A stretch of DNA of 63,904 nt, counting the filler, from Choristocarpus tenellus KU-1152 (Eukaryota > Protista > Phaeophyceae), in assembly GCA_964200185.2 (NCBI GenBank). It is 9 parts of 9 records of this genome, joined end to end, with 100 filler letters (N's around TTAATTAATTAA, not from the genome) between each part and the next. Parts side by side here need not be neighbours in the genome. Positions count along the whole stretch, not along the records: positions 13,563 to 41,784 come from CAXNAD020000130.1; positions 41,885 to 46,503 come from CAXNAD020013767.1; positions 46,604 to 49,131 come from CAXNAD020027046.1; positions 49,232 to 60,670 come from CAXNAD020002318.1; 5 more parts are not named here. One strand, 5' to 3'. Positions within the stretch are counted from its first letter, which is position 1. Each line of letters opens with the position of its first letter. Under the pieces are notes generated by a model, which did no database searches, was not told the origin of the DNA, and saw only the letters and a program-made list of their open reading frames with translations. A program made the position numbers and the translations under genes. Below are positions 38,647 to 51,309 of this stretch, piece after piece.

Positions 38647-41399
38647 GGGGTCTACAGGGTTTGCAATATGGTGGTAAGAACCAATGTACTTTCACAGTTG
38701 CAGTTATGGTGAGGAAACGTGTCCATGGTTATCCTATACTGTAACTCTAATGTGCAATTGGTGACTGTGAAGATGTAAAACTGTGGGTAATAGTCAGGAT
38801 TCTCTGACAGTACTGTGAGCTTGTAGTGGTACTTTTCATATTATTATGTTGTGCTCTACCGTACTGTCCAGGTGTGTCCAAGTGCCATAACCATAACCTC
38901 ACCATCCAGTTCTAATACTTTGATCATAGGGTAATCGTACCATGCTGGGGTGCACTTACTACAACCATACTGCTCAGTGGCACACTTACTGGAAGAACTC
39001 AAAGTGCGACTATGGGAACTAGTACATAGTACTGTTGTTTTGGATGAAATGTGTGTTTGATAAATGTTAAATTGTACTTTGAAGTAGGTCCCTACTATTA
39101 ATAGTATTAACAAATAAGACTTGAGTGTTATAATATAGAAAAATAGACGAAGGAAATGTTAAAATTTCAATAACAATTAACCGGTCAGTTCTCACCCGTC
39201 TCTTTCATTGGACACACCTTTTTGTTGCAAGTGTTAGACTTCTCCTGAGATTTTGTAGAGATCAAACTGCTTGTTGCCCAAGATCCACCCTTGATCAGTT
39301 TCTTCTCCACAATAAGTCGGCACATCAGCTTATTTGGAGATGGCTTTTCACTGCTTTGAGAAGGGGAAGATGGAGTACCCTCTCGGCCCCTGTGCACAGT
39401 GTGATAGAATGATAGTGCGAGGACTGGAGAGACTCTTCACTCAGATCTTGTTATCAGGGAAGGGAGACTACAAAGTCTCTGCACATGTCCTAGAGGCCCT
39501 TCAGGCAGTAACAATCGCGTACGCTGTCCTGTCCATAGAGGAAGGCCTGAAAGGCACAAAGAAGGAGAGGCAACTCAGAGTTCACAAAAGCATATGTAAA
39601 TGTGATGACCAAGGACTCGCTACGATCAGTGGCAAAAACACACAACATTTGGAAGTGCACCCTGTGTTTGCACTATGGATGCTTCTGTGAACAACTGAAG
39701 GCTGTGAGTTCATGTGTTTATGACCTGATGGAGTCCCTACACTTACTTAGGAGGTGCAGGATTGCAAAGGCGTGCATCATACAGTTCAGATGAGGCATGC
39801 ACAACAACATTCCTGCCATTGTGTCGACCCCTTCACCACATGTGCTGTGATGTCACCTGTGAAGAAGGGTGAAAAATCAAAGCTGTTTGCAGACCAGTTC
39901 GACTCCTTATGGAGCCGCTGGGAAACAATCCAAAGGGAGATCACCAATGTGTATGTTATGTTCCCATATACCTCAAGTAGGTGGTGGTTATCTCCTCTTG
40001 TCCGTTTTTTGCGGAAAATGTGCTGTAGTCCTGGACCCAATGGCAGGATAAGGCTTCTAGGTTGAGCAGTTGTGTCTCCACCTTGGCATGTCGCTCACAA
40101 AGGATTGAGCTGAAAGGAGGAAATGTTAGCCAGAATCCGTGCAACAGGTTGGGAACTTGCTGCAGAAGCTTTGCGAGGACCTATGGAGAGCTCCTCTCTG
40201 CTTGAATTTCATGGGATAGAATTCCTTTGGTGCCAGACTTTTCCACATGGCTAACTGTACAGATTGTAGAAGTAAACTTTCCTGTCTGTGGCTGTGCCAC
40301 AAAAATTGCTGTACCAAGATTGAGGTGGAAGCTTCGAGGTGGATCCAAGGCAAGATTTGAGTGAGGAAATGAGCAATGAGCAGTGGGAGACCTGAACCCA
40401 ACGTGTGAGAAGCAAGGCAAGAATGGAGGCAGAACAGTTAGCTGTGGTGCTATGGTTGTAATTAATTGTGTGAGAAGTACAGCAATGTTCGGTGCTTCTT
40501 CTATCCATGGGTCAGGATATCGACAGACATTTGACACGCGGACATAATATTTTGTATAAAAAATAATTAAAATTTTCCTAACCTTTATGTGCAGACCTTT
40601 CTAGCCTAAAAGGTTGAGGTTACAATGTTTCTCAAGCTAATATAGGATTACATCTTTGAGATGAGAGCATTTAATGAGGTGGAAGTCAATATTGAAGAGG
40701 AAGCTCATGCTGCAACTGGGAACTGAGGTTGCACTGTCAACATGCTGAGGAGGTCGATTTGATTTCTTAGTGCATGAAATATTGCCTTGGCTTGTAGTAG
40801 TGCTGATGATATACATAAATTAATTTGTTAGTGCGAATTGACATTCTTTTGTGTATTTTTAAGGTGTCTATATTTCACATTTCTTTCGTTCTTCTACTGG
40901 AATTTTTTCCCCATGCTCTACACTTTTCCAGTTCAACTGTTACATTCATTACAGTGTGTATTATTTTTTCTTAGATTCAACACATTTTTCTTCTTTTATG
41001 TTTGTTATCCCTCTCCGACATGCCTGATGTGTTTTCATTCTATGGGATTCCACAGTGTATGCCCATCTGTAACCATACAACCAAGTCAAAGCTACAAACA
41101 TAATTGTACTGTCCAAAACTACTCTCAAACTGTGTGAGCACTGGAGAGTACCATACTGTCAAATGAAACTGCAACGTAACCATATCATGTATGTTGTCTT
41201 GTATGTATTTTTTTTTTTGCAATACTGACTGTACCATACAATTCAAATTCCTTCCTGAACCGCTTCTTACTGTGGCATCACCATGTCACCATATCAACGG
41301 TAACCAATATCACTATATATATGCAGTTATATGTATGGTTAGGCAAACCTTCATGGTAAATAACCGACTGCACAGTGAAAGTGCAAGCATGTAGACCCC
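38647..41399 (+). mobile_element. Decayed Mutator-like (MULE) element with long imperfect TIRs
   Basis: Termini GGGGTCTACA...TGTAGACCCC with patchy inverted similarity over about 200 bp; internal frameshifted ORF remnants 39227-40540 include SWIM-like WKCTLCLHYGCFCEQLKAV; no TSD seen. Confidence 0.42.
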
Positions 41400-41412
41400 T
41401 ATATTCAGTGAT

Positions 41413-41570
41413 GAGTGAAAGTATCTTAGGGTTAGGGTAGGAATGTTGCCCTGTTTGTCCGTTTGGGGCTTGACTTCCTACGGGTTTTTAATGACATTTT
41501 CCACTCTGAAATTTTTCGGACTAGGTAAAATGTTTATGTTGTTAAAAGGTGTGTCTGGAACAAGGATAAT
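41413..41570 (+). mobile_element. MITE family A left part, interrupted at about 41571 by unrelated sequence
   Basis: GAGTGAAAGTATCTTAGGG start; aligns with 43525-43680, then breaks after GGAACAAGGATA. Confidence 0.8.
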
Positions 41571-43149
41571 GGGCATGTGTGCTGTGAGCGGACTGGCCAA
41601 TCAGAGGGGTGGAGGGGCCTACTTGCTTTACTATTTACTTGATCAAACGCAACACGTGCTTTCCATCCCTGAATATACCATGCCAAGATATACTGGGCTG
41701 TGGGGGAGGGAGGGGGTCTTGTTCCCTACCGATGATTACTCTCCTCCTACTTTTTGGTGCAGAATGGCAAGCTACCAGGGACAANNNNNNNNNNNNNNNN
41801 NNNNNNNNNNNNNNNNNNNNNNNNNNNNTTAATTAATTAANNNNNNNNNNNNNNNNNNNNNNNNNNNNNNNNNNNNNNNNNNNNGGCCTGGATTTCTTCT
41901 GCATGGTTTCGTCGTCTCCTTGGAGCGCTTTCACGATCTACCCCTTCTACCCTTTCTAACTTAGAGGAGACGGGACTGGTATGATGGCATCTGTGACTCC
42001 AAGGGAGGCACCATACTCCTCTGATGGTAAACGGGTGGTCTCTGACCGTGATGGTATAGATATTGCTTAGGTATCTATTTCTCGCCATTCATAGACTCAC
42101 ATTCCAGATTTTTGAGACACATTCTTTTATTACCCAGGCACGCAGACATGTCTGGCTCACAGATTGCGCAGGAAATCAAAGTCATGCCTGATGCACAGAT
42201 TCCGCAGGGAATCAATGGTTTGGAGAGGTTCCAGCCCAGCACCGCATTTCGCGAAAATTCCCGCAGCAGTCATGTCAGACAACTGAACGCAGAGGAAGGT
42301 CAAGAGAACATGGCTACTTCCCCTCACCAGTAGCAGATCCCGTTCCAGGTCGAGATCCCAAGACATGCTCTCCAAACGAGAGTCACGGAGGAACAGAGAC
42401 GAGTACAGAGACCGAACACGTTCACTTGGACATCGCAGCTTGTGCAATTAACCTTGAAAGTATTGATATGAAGAGTAGTGAAGGCAAGAAGGGTTGGAGC
42501 CTCACACGATCCCCTTCGCGGAACAAGAAAATAATGGATGGATTAATTAGAAGAGTGAACTTGTGGGGTGTCTTCTTATTCTTTGTTTTATTTTTCTTTT
42601 GTGCCTTATATGTGTATACATAATAGGTCAATGGTTACGTCAGATTAGTTGAATGCAGAACCGAATCCATAATTCTCCTCCATTATGTCGTATGTTTCCA
42701 GTGCTCAGGATGCGGCATTGTAGACCCCTGCACCCATTGAACATTGTTAAGAATATGCTTTTTATTCGTAGGATAAATAATCAGTTGTTGAATATTTTCG
42801 ATAACGAGATAATTTGATAGGAAAGTTTGTTTTACTGTTGAGTAATCATGAGAATATTATCTGGGTTATTATAGTACAATACAGAGAATGAATTACGTGT
42901 TATTAGAATATGAATGGTAAGGTGACAACCCCCTTTGAGCTTCGAGGTTCACTCCTCCTTTACACCTTCCTTACTTCATTTAGAACCTGTTCTGCATAAT
43001 AAGGAATTAATCGAGTCATTTATATACTTAAGTCTTGGGAACAAACATCCTTCAGAACCACTCTTTTTGGTTTGCCGTTCTTTGTCCGTCACCATTAGAA
43101 TCAAATACCCAGTTTCCTTTGCTTCCAGTTTCCTGTTGTTTACAGAAGG

Positions 43150-43323
43150 TGCATGTCCGTTTGGTGGCCCGAGTAAGTACAATGTAAATGTTACGAAAAG
43201 GTATGTTGGAACAAGGATATTGACACTTCCTAAAAAATACGATCGCCAATATTAAATCAAAATTGCAATATTGGGTCTTGGTCGCATATGGACATGGTTC
43301 TACCCTCGGAGATACTTTGAATC
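43150..43323 (+). mobile_element. MITE family A right part
   Basis: GGAACAAGGATATTGACACTTCCTAA...CTACCCTCGGAGATACTTTGAATC. Confidence 0.8.
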
Positions 43324-43524
43324 GAACAAGTCTAGATTTGGAAGACAAGAGAGAGAAAGAAATACTCGCAACATAGACATGCGCTACCCCATCAGGATTG
43401 CATCAAAACTATGGAACACATTCACAAAGTACTCGGAAATCCAATCAAAGGCTCCGTTTTTCGTGGGATATCAGCAGATAACACGGCCACCACGTCTAAT
43501 AACCCTGTCTTTTTCGCTGACGCT

Positions 43525-43784
43525 GACTGAAAGTATCTTAGAGGGTACGAGTTTTGCCCTGTTTGTCCATTCGGAGGTTGACTTCCTGTGGGTATTGTTT
43601 ATGCTATTTTCCCACTCCAAAATGTTTCGGAGTAGGTCAAATCTATACGTTATGAAAAGGTGTGTCCAGAACGAGGATATTGACACTTTCTAACAAACAC
43701 GACAGTCCAAATTACATCAAAATCTCAACATTGGATTTTTGCCTCCAAATGGACGCGGCCCTACCCTCTAAGATTCTTTGGCTC
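43525..43784 (+). mobile_element. MITE family A, complete 260-bp copy
   Basis: TIRs GACTGAAAGTATCTTAGAGGGTA and TACCCTCTAAGATTCTTTGGCTC; flanks CGCT and CGTT (4-bp TSD, 1 mismatch). Confidence 0.9.
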
Positions 43785-44317
43785 CGTTCTCACTAAGGCT
43801 CTCGCACGAGTTCAAGGAGGAATGCGGGCCTTAGCCAAGGATCGATCCAGGAACCATCATGGATTATCATGCCCATGATGTGATCATCTTACACCTTTCT
43901 ACATTGAACTCCTCGAACAATTCTCGTTGGACTCTCTTAGGACACACAGTGATCTTCTGAGCGACTCGTCTACAATTGAGGTCGTGAGCGTCACAGGACT
44001 GCTCAGACAGTTTCCCCGAGTGGGTCTGCATTTGGTGAGAGAATGCACCCTTTCATATAGCCAGTCGAAAAATGCTGTGAAGGTCGCCTTGTCTGAAGAC
44101 GGAGAAGGGAGAGTCGTGGAAGACTGCAGCCAATCGCCTAGTTTTGTGTTACTGAGGATATACTTTGGATTCGCGGATGCCTCATATGTGTGGAGCTCCT
44201 TTCTTTGGAGTTACACAAAGGTGAAGAAGATCAACTTATTGATTTATGTGAACGAGCCCTTCCTATTCTCCTCCCTAATGTTTGACACCAAATCGGCGTT
44301 CAAAGCATGCCATTTAT

Positions 44318-46420
44318 TCATTTTGCTAAGAAATTAGAAGCCAAACTAGCCATGGTCATGTATAACTGGTGAAGGACAAAGGTTTGCACACAATAGTATG
44401 TTGATGTAGATCGGTGTGCTGAGCGGATGAATTCCTCGGCGCAAGCCTCGAGGGATTTATCTGCCATTCGGATGCTCAATTCACCATCATCAGAGTCCAT
44501 AGCTTGAGGTCTGGTAGGGGGACAATCACCGGATATGAGCAGGTCATCATCACTGCTATCCGAAACTCCTGCAGTACTTCCCCTTCTGTCCGAAGTTTTT
44601 TTCTTGTCTGTCTCTCAGCTTCTCTGTACCAAAGAATATATTCTCCAGTAAGGTTATCGGGGGGGGTTACAGGCGTTCCCTTCCCCTTGCAATTGGGGAT
44701 GTGTTTTTCAGAACCTGACCTCTGTAGAAATTTGGGACCCTGATCCCTGTTGATCCCTTACGGCCCCTCCCAACACCCCCAGAATTTCTTGGCCTCTTAC
44801 CAGGAGGAGACCAACTATATGGATCGACCTCCTTCACACCACCCTCTTTACTTTCGCAAGACCCGTCATAGCTGTCCTCATTCACGCCTGGTTCGGCACT
44901 GTGGGTTGTCGGAAGCATGGATCCTGGCAGGGTTTCAGACACTTCCTCCACGGAATCTTCGTCACACCCGCTAAACTTTGAAGCTAACTCACTTCGAAAC
45001 ACGTCGCTGTCACTATCATACGCCGTGTTGGAGAGGAGACCTGGACTGGTCTATGGGGGGTTAGAGCGCCGAGCCGTCCTCCATCGCTTTCTCCAATACA
45101 CTTTAGTTCTGGCTCAAACTCAGACCAATCCTTGGAGAGATCCCAGCGAGATATTCCACGCGCTTGGGGACGTGGTTCCCCCACAGGAAAGTGCGGGTTA
45201 ATACTGCCCCCCCCACTCGACCAGGAGGTTAGAAGCGGCACCGGTGTGAGTGTTCTTGATCTTACTCGCAGCTTCCTCCGTATCATGCACCGTGGTAACT
45301 GTGTAGTCTGGCACAATGACGATGCAGAGGTCACACGCCTTGGCTCTGGAGCAATGGGAGGAATGGATGTCGGAAGAAAGGATTGTCACAGAGGGTTCTA
45401 TATGTAGGGACCTAATGTTTCTGGAGTGTGTTTGTTACTGAGGTGATGAGGTCTCCACCACATAAATAGACCTAGAAAGACATATCATGGGCTTACAATT
45501 GCATTCATGTTATCTTCATGCTACATATATTTACGAAACGTGTGTAAGCAATTCAAATTCTTCCCCTCCACTATCATACCATTGTCAGGCGTGGGGCAGA
45601 AGTATCTTTGGCAACCTCTTAAGTTTCTTTCCCGTTTCATGTGGTTTCTTGAACTGCATATCCATACACCATCCATCACACTTGCTTTGGAGTCGATTAA
45701 GGATGGCAACATACAAGAAAGACGAAAGGGCAAACCGTGAACACTGTCACAAGTACCTTATCTGATAGGATGTACGGTGCCTTAGAATTTTCTTCCGTGG
45801 TGCTTACGTTCAAAGGGACTTGCACTTGAGGTTCGGTTCCGAGTCTATCTTTCTCCTTCCGCCCATTCATTATAAGAATCACGACCTCGAGTGCGGCCTC
45901 CTCCATGAAACCTTGTTTGAGGTGCATCCTCCTCAAATGTGCCATCCTTACATCAACATAATTATTTTTTGTTGTTTTCACGTCATTAGTCCTTATCTTT
46001 TTCCCCTTGAAGTTTTGTTGAGTTTGGTACGGTGTTGCTGTCGCGGTATCTGCCTCTGGATCTTAAACACAAGGAGAGATGAGGATATGCTGTTTTTGGA
46101 CATGGGAAATGATGTGGCTTTACGACTGGATAACAGAATTTGTGAGGACAGCGATAGTCGCCGCCCAGTGTGAGAACAACGTGAAGTACTCCTTGGAAAG
46201 GTCAGAGTGTGCACTAACTACGAAATAGACAACATCCATCAAATGTGTACGCATATATAGTATGTGCAACACTAGTTCTTACCAACAAAGATCTTAGATA
46301 TTTTCAACGCCTGATTTTTTGTTCACATCGTAATTGTCAATGCCTTGTCGTAAGCTCAACTATCTTACCGTTTCCGTGGTTGACATTGCCCCAACTTTGG
46401 ATAAGGAGCTTGCTCTGCAT
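44318..46420 (-). CDS. Hypothetical multi-exon gene or pseudogene of unknown function
   Basis: Several AG/GT-bounded open segments (about 46062-45757, 45050-44740, 44514-44318); no domain recognised and phases not fully reconciled. Confidence 0.25.
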
Positions 46421-46770
46421 CGAGTATACATAAGATACAAAAATGGATCAATTCTTACTCAGAGTCGATCGACACACAAGAGGGTCAAAGTATCCGGGGG
46501 GGGNNNNNNNNNNNNNNNNNNNNNNNNNNNNNNNNNNNNNNNNNNNNTTAATTAATTAANNNNNNNNNNNNNNNNNNNNNNNNNNNNNNNNNNNNNNNNN
46601 NNNCGCCAAAACCAACCCCCCCCTCCCATCTTTTTTTCCCCCCCCCCCCCCCCCCCCCTAAACCTCCACAGCCGTGTAGCTCTTTTTTTGAAGAAGAATA
46701 GTAGTAAGTTCGATGGGAGAGGAATCCTCATGGGCTGTTTAAGACAAAAACTCAATCCATCTCACCCCAG

Positions 46771-49076
46771 GCAAAGGGCACTACGTACTCTGGACTGATG
46801 CACTCTGTAGATTGGACTGCTACACTGGCCGAGGTGGCCGGATTGTCCCTACAGGGCAAAGAGCTGGACAGCGTGAACCAGTGGCAAGCCATCGTTGGAG
46901 AGGCGAACCGCATGCCAAGATCGGAACTAATGCTCGGGTGATTGGAATAGGATCGACTTGTTGTGCCTTGTGTGTTGCTGGTCACACCTGTTCATACCAA
47001 GTTTTCAAATGATGGAAAAGGCGGTGTTGTAGTTTCATTATATACAACGGTATTAGTTGCTTGATATGTCTATAGTGTGTGTGTGTGTGTGTGTGTTGCT
47101 CTAAGTATTTTTGTCAGCAAGAGGAATATGTAGCATTGTAGTTCTCGTTTGTTTAAACACTTCCAGGTTGTAAGCATCTAATGCTTGCATTATATCTCTA
47201 ATATGTGCATGTGCTGGCTCTGGTTTGAAAAGGTACGAAGGGTGGGCTTGGAACACCACGGGGGGGTTCAATGCAGAGGTGCCTACCATGGGGGCCTACA
47301 TATCAGGGGATTGGAAGCTCATCGTTAGGGAGTGGTGAGAGTGTAAATTGTGGATATGGGTCTCAGCTTCTCGTGTCCTAGACGGCTCATGACTGTCTCT
47401 AAAAGTCCTCAGTACTTGTGAAATGTTTTACAGTACTGTATCGTGAGTCTGGTCATCGGATGTCAGTGGTTTTGCAATTGTGTGACGTGAATGGAATTAG
47501 TGTCAAGCGCCCCTTAATTTTCCTTTTTCTTGATGTACAGAAAGACCTAACCATATAGGGTTATGGCATGGATTGTGCTCCACTATTCTTTGAAAGAAGA
47601 GAGTTTATCCTAAAGTGCTGGCGTCCCCTGCCCCCCCCCCCACTCACTCACCCACGAACCTTCCCAAGCATGATTGATAGTGGTGGTATGGAACATCAAC
47701 TACATCATAGTTCCCCATGTCCCCCCTCATTGGTTCATGTTGTAGTCACTGCCCCAATGGAGCACCAACATGTATACTGTGTAGCACTAGGTAGGTACAT
47801 GTAAGGTGGACAATGCCTTCCATACATAGACCCCCAACCAAAAAATGAGACTTGACCTTTTCAAGAAACTCAACCAAGTCTTTTTCATGTCGAGGTTATG
47901 GGCTGGCAAGCCAAGCAAGTGAGAGACGGATGACGAGGGTGCACTTGACCATTTAGAGGGACCCATATGTGCTCTCTCTATATATATATATATATTCTAC
48001 ACTTTTTTAATGCATATTTTTTCCAAGTATTATAGTACTCTCATGTACTCCTTACTCTTTGCCACTTTTCCTGGCACGATAGAGTCTCGTTGTAGGACTT
48101 TTCCTTGGTTCACTTAACTGTATTACTGGGCTGTAAGGAGCTGAACCCTCCCTCAATACATCCATCCATCCATCCATCCAGTTCCCTTGTTCTTGTCCTT
48201 GTCCAGGTAGCTGTCAAGTTTTTGTAACTGATGCAGGTTCCACCGTTTGCTGCAAATATTTTTTCTTTTCTTTTTGAAAGGTGCACTGGTTGGTACAGCT
48301 ACTCAGCGAGTGATTTGGTTCCGGCTGAAGTGTGTGAGGGGAAGGGGGAGTGCACAATCTGCTCGAATGTCTGTCACAGTGGGGATGGTTACACCCAGTA
48401 CCTCCCAGGAGACTACCTGTTCAACCTCAGGGCAGATCCACATGAAAAGGTACACCGGTATACTGACACTTGAAGGTACATGTGAAAAAAAAAGTGGAGA
48501 GTGGTGCAGGTGCAGTTGTAGCAGGGAAGCTTAATGTTGTTTGTTTGTAGGCTTGTCTGGATCCCAAAGGCAGGAGTGCACATGCGTCTGGGATATGGAT
48601 TTTTTTTTATTTCTTCACTGGTAGAGGGATAGGTATGTACCCTGAAATGATATCAACACAAGTGTCCCTGCTTTTTAATCTTTTATCTCCCCTGGCCTAG
48701 GAATATTCCTCCAAAAGTAAAGTCCTGGTACTGCTGCCTGTGTGTTGACCCTGAGTACATATGTTTGAATCCCACCCTCCTTTACTACCCTCACACTGCA
48801 CTTGAAACAGAAAACTTCTAGTGTTGCCCGTACGGAATATTTCCAGCGATCGAACTCCTTGGAACTTGAAGAATGGAACTATAGGGTTCCTGTGTGCTTC
48901 CTCCGTACTCCCTCAAGCAAGCACAATTAATTATTTTGTTGTTTTTTTTCCTTCCAAAGGTGAATCTTTTCAAAACTCACCCAGACAAAGTTGCAGAAAT
49001 GATTAATCGTTGGAGAGAGGTTGGGGCAAGAGCTATCATTCCACACTACTGCGATGAAGATGACAGAGCCTATAAA
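46771..49076 (+). CDS. Arylsulfatase (S1 family, ARSB/I/J-like), C-terminal exons 46771-46937, 47233-47334, 48281-48449, 48960-49076; partial
   Basis: GLMHSVDWTATLAEVAG..LDSVNQWQAI..PRSELML, GAYISGDWKLI, YLFNLRADPHEKVNL..HPDKVAEM; phase-consistent introns. Confidence 0.88.
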
Positions 49077-49331
49077 GTGAGTGACATATGTGTGCACGGC
49101 ACAGGCATCACCCCTTCCCACCCCCCCACCCNNNNNNNNNNNNNNNNNNNNNNNNNNNNNNNNNNNNNNNNNNNNTTAATTAATTAANNNNNNNNNNNNN
49201 NNNNNNNNNNNNNNNNNNNNNNNNNNNNNNNGGGTCTACACCAGGGTGTCCAAATTTTCAACAAAATTCAGAGAATCCCCTCTTTGAATTTGTCAGCATC
49301 CTTAAAATGTAACCCTGGATACCTCTAGTTT

Positions 49332-51120
49332 ACCTTGACTCTGACCAGCCGTCTTTACGATTACTAAAATTTCCGGTGAGCATTACGTTCTTCCACAGGT
49401 GAGGAAGAGTACCTTTTTTCTCCTTCTTCACGAGCCTTGTTCTCTGCTTGTTGCGAGCGATGCAGTTCCAGTTCCTCACGAAACCTACCATTCATGGTGA
49501 AGAAGCAGGATGCTACAATGAAGGGATAGCATATGAGAACAGACAAAAGACAGACAGCATCCCATTACACATTTGGTATCTAGAACAGCGCGGCATGACA
49601 AAACGCGCAGGATGAAGAACAACAAAATTGTTTACAATGCTGCTTCGGTCCTCCATGGATGCATCATGCATCAATCAGCTCCCTTGTAAAGGAGATATAC
49701 TCAATAGCAATTTTGTTTCCGGGTATTTAGGTGTGCACCTTGCTTTTTCCATTTGGTGTGCCTCTGCCTTCTTTTGCTGCCGTATTTCATGTTCGATCTG
49801 CTTGGCAACATCAAATGCCCTCCAGTTTCTTGCAATGGAGGGAGAAAGGCTCTTTGTAGACCTTCTGCTATTGTTGGTCTCACCCTTGTCAGGTAATCTT
49901 CCAGTACTATCTTCTCTCCCCTCAGTCACAGATCTGTTCTGAAGCTATGAAGAAGTGTTATGGGAAGGGATCAAAATGACTAGAGGAAAAAGGGAGGAAC
50001 CCTTTGAGATATTATAACACTGAATCAAAAGTATATACTACCTTACATTATTACATTATTTTGTTATCTTGAAGATCTAATGGTACAACACGAGACATGA
50101 CAGCAAACCACCCAATATGTTGTGCAGCTACGACCTATAGCTGTATTGACCTGTATGTTGGGACCATAACATCTCGAACCGGTGCTCAGGTAGGAAAATA
50201 ATGTGTATCATACTGCGGACACCTTTAACTCAGGAAGTTGCTATGGTTGAGCCATGGTAGCGGTTGCTGCCCAAGAAATCCTTGACCATCGAGGATCCTG
50301 CCGATAATCTCCCATAATGAATAGCTTACCTTCGAAGGAAGATTAGTCCCATTTCCACCGCTGGTTGAAGCATCATAGTTATCGGTTTTTACTTCGCCAT
50401 CACTCTTCTTCTGACGACTAATGTGTAAGTCACGGATCTCACGAACGTTGTTCTCAAGCTCGAGGAAATCTTTATCTGAAGGACTGCCTGTTGTACATGT
50501 AAACTTCCCGATTGCTTGCCTTATTTTGACGTTCAAAGCTGATGCTGGGTTTCTGCTCGCCGAAAGTGCCAAAAAAGATAAGATATTGTAGCAGTATGGA
50601 TTTCGGATTCCAAAGAAGTGGGATTATTATTTATAGTTTAGGACACATTGCCCACAAAAACCATAACTAGTCCCCAATAATGTGACAGGCCGAGACGCAG
50701 ATTCTCACCTCTTACTCCCATACTTCTGGACAAGTTTCTGGCCTAACATGGTCTGTAGCCTCACCATTCGTGACTTTGAAGCTTCCCTCTCCTGCAGGGT
50801 CTGCAGCTTGTTTCGACGGGACGCCTGTCCCAATAGCATACCAAGGCCAACAAAAACCACAGTACATACCCACAAGAGGGTTGCCTTTATGTCTGTCTCA
50901 GACCAAGAGAAGGTCCACTGCTTCATACTTAAACCATGTACCGAAAGAGGTGCACTCTGTATGGAGGAGGCTTATAATATATGAACCATGTGTAGATTGA
51001 TGATCATGCATGTGTGCACACGCGTGAATTATCGCCTTATTGCACTACATACACCTATCACCCTCAACGACAACTCACCGTCATATGACTAGATGTCGAG
51101 GGAGCCACATCCGAGGGCAT
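49332..51120 (-). CDS. Hypothetical coiled-coil protein with N-terminal hydrophobic segment; 5' exons only
   Basis: Phase-consistent exons about 51120-51079, 50956-50710, 50553-50330, 49945-49738, 49484-49413; LLWVCTVVFVGLGMLLG hydrophobic stretch; E/Q/K/R-rich helices. Confidence 0.55.
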
Positions 51121-51309
51121 CTTCTTCCAAGCTCAACCAATTGTGTAATTGGGTGGGAAGACCGAGAAGAACAGGAGTAGGGAGAGTAGTCTTCCCTATT
51201 TTAGCAGTTTCATGCCGTTTCTGTGATGGTGTATGATAGGAAGAATATGGAGGCGTTTTCCTTTTGTTCAACCTAGAAATTCGAACCAATCCACAAACCT
51301 TTAACAGGT

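Noticed and set aside
41885-44337. Plus-strand exon-like segments (42138-42456 RS-rich; 43941-44220)
   Set aside because: No recognisable domain and no phase-consistent model could be built
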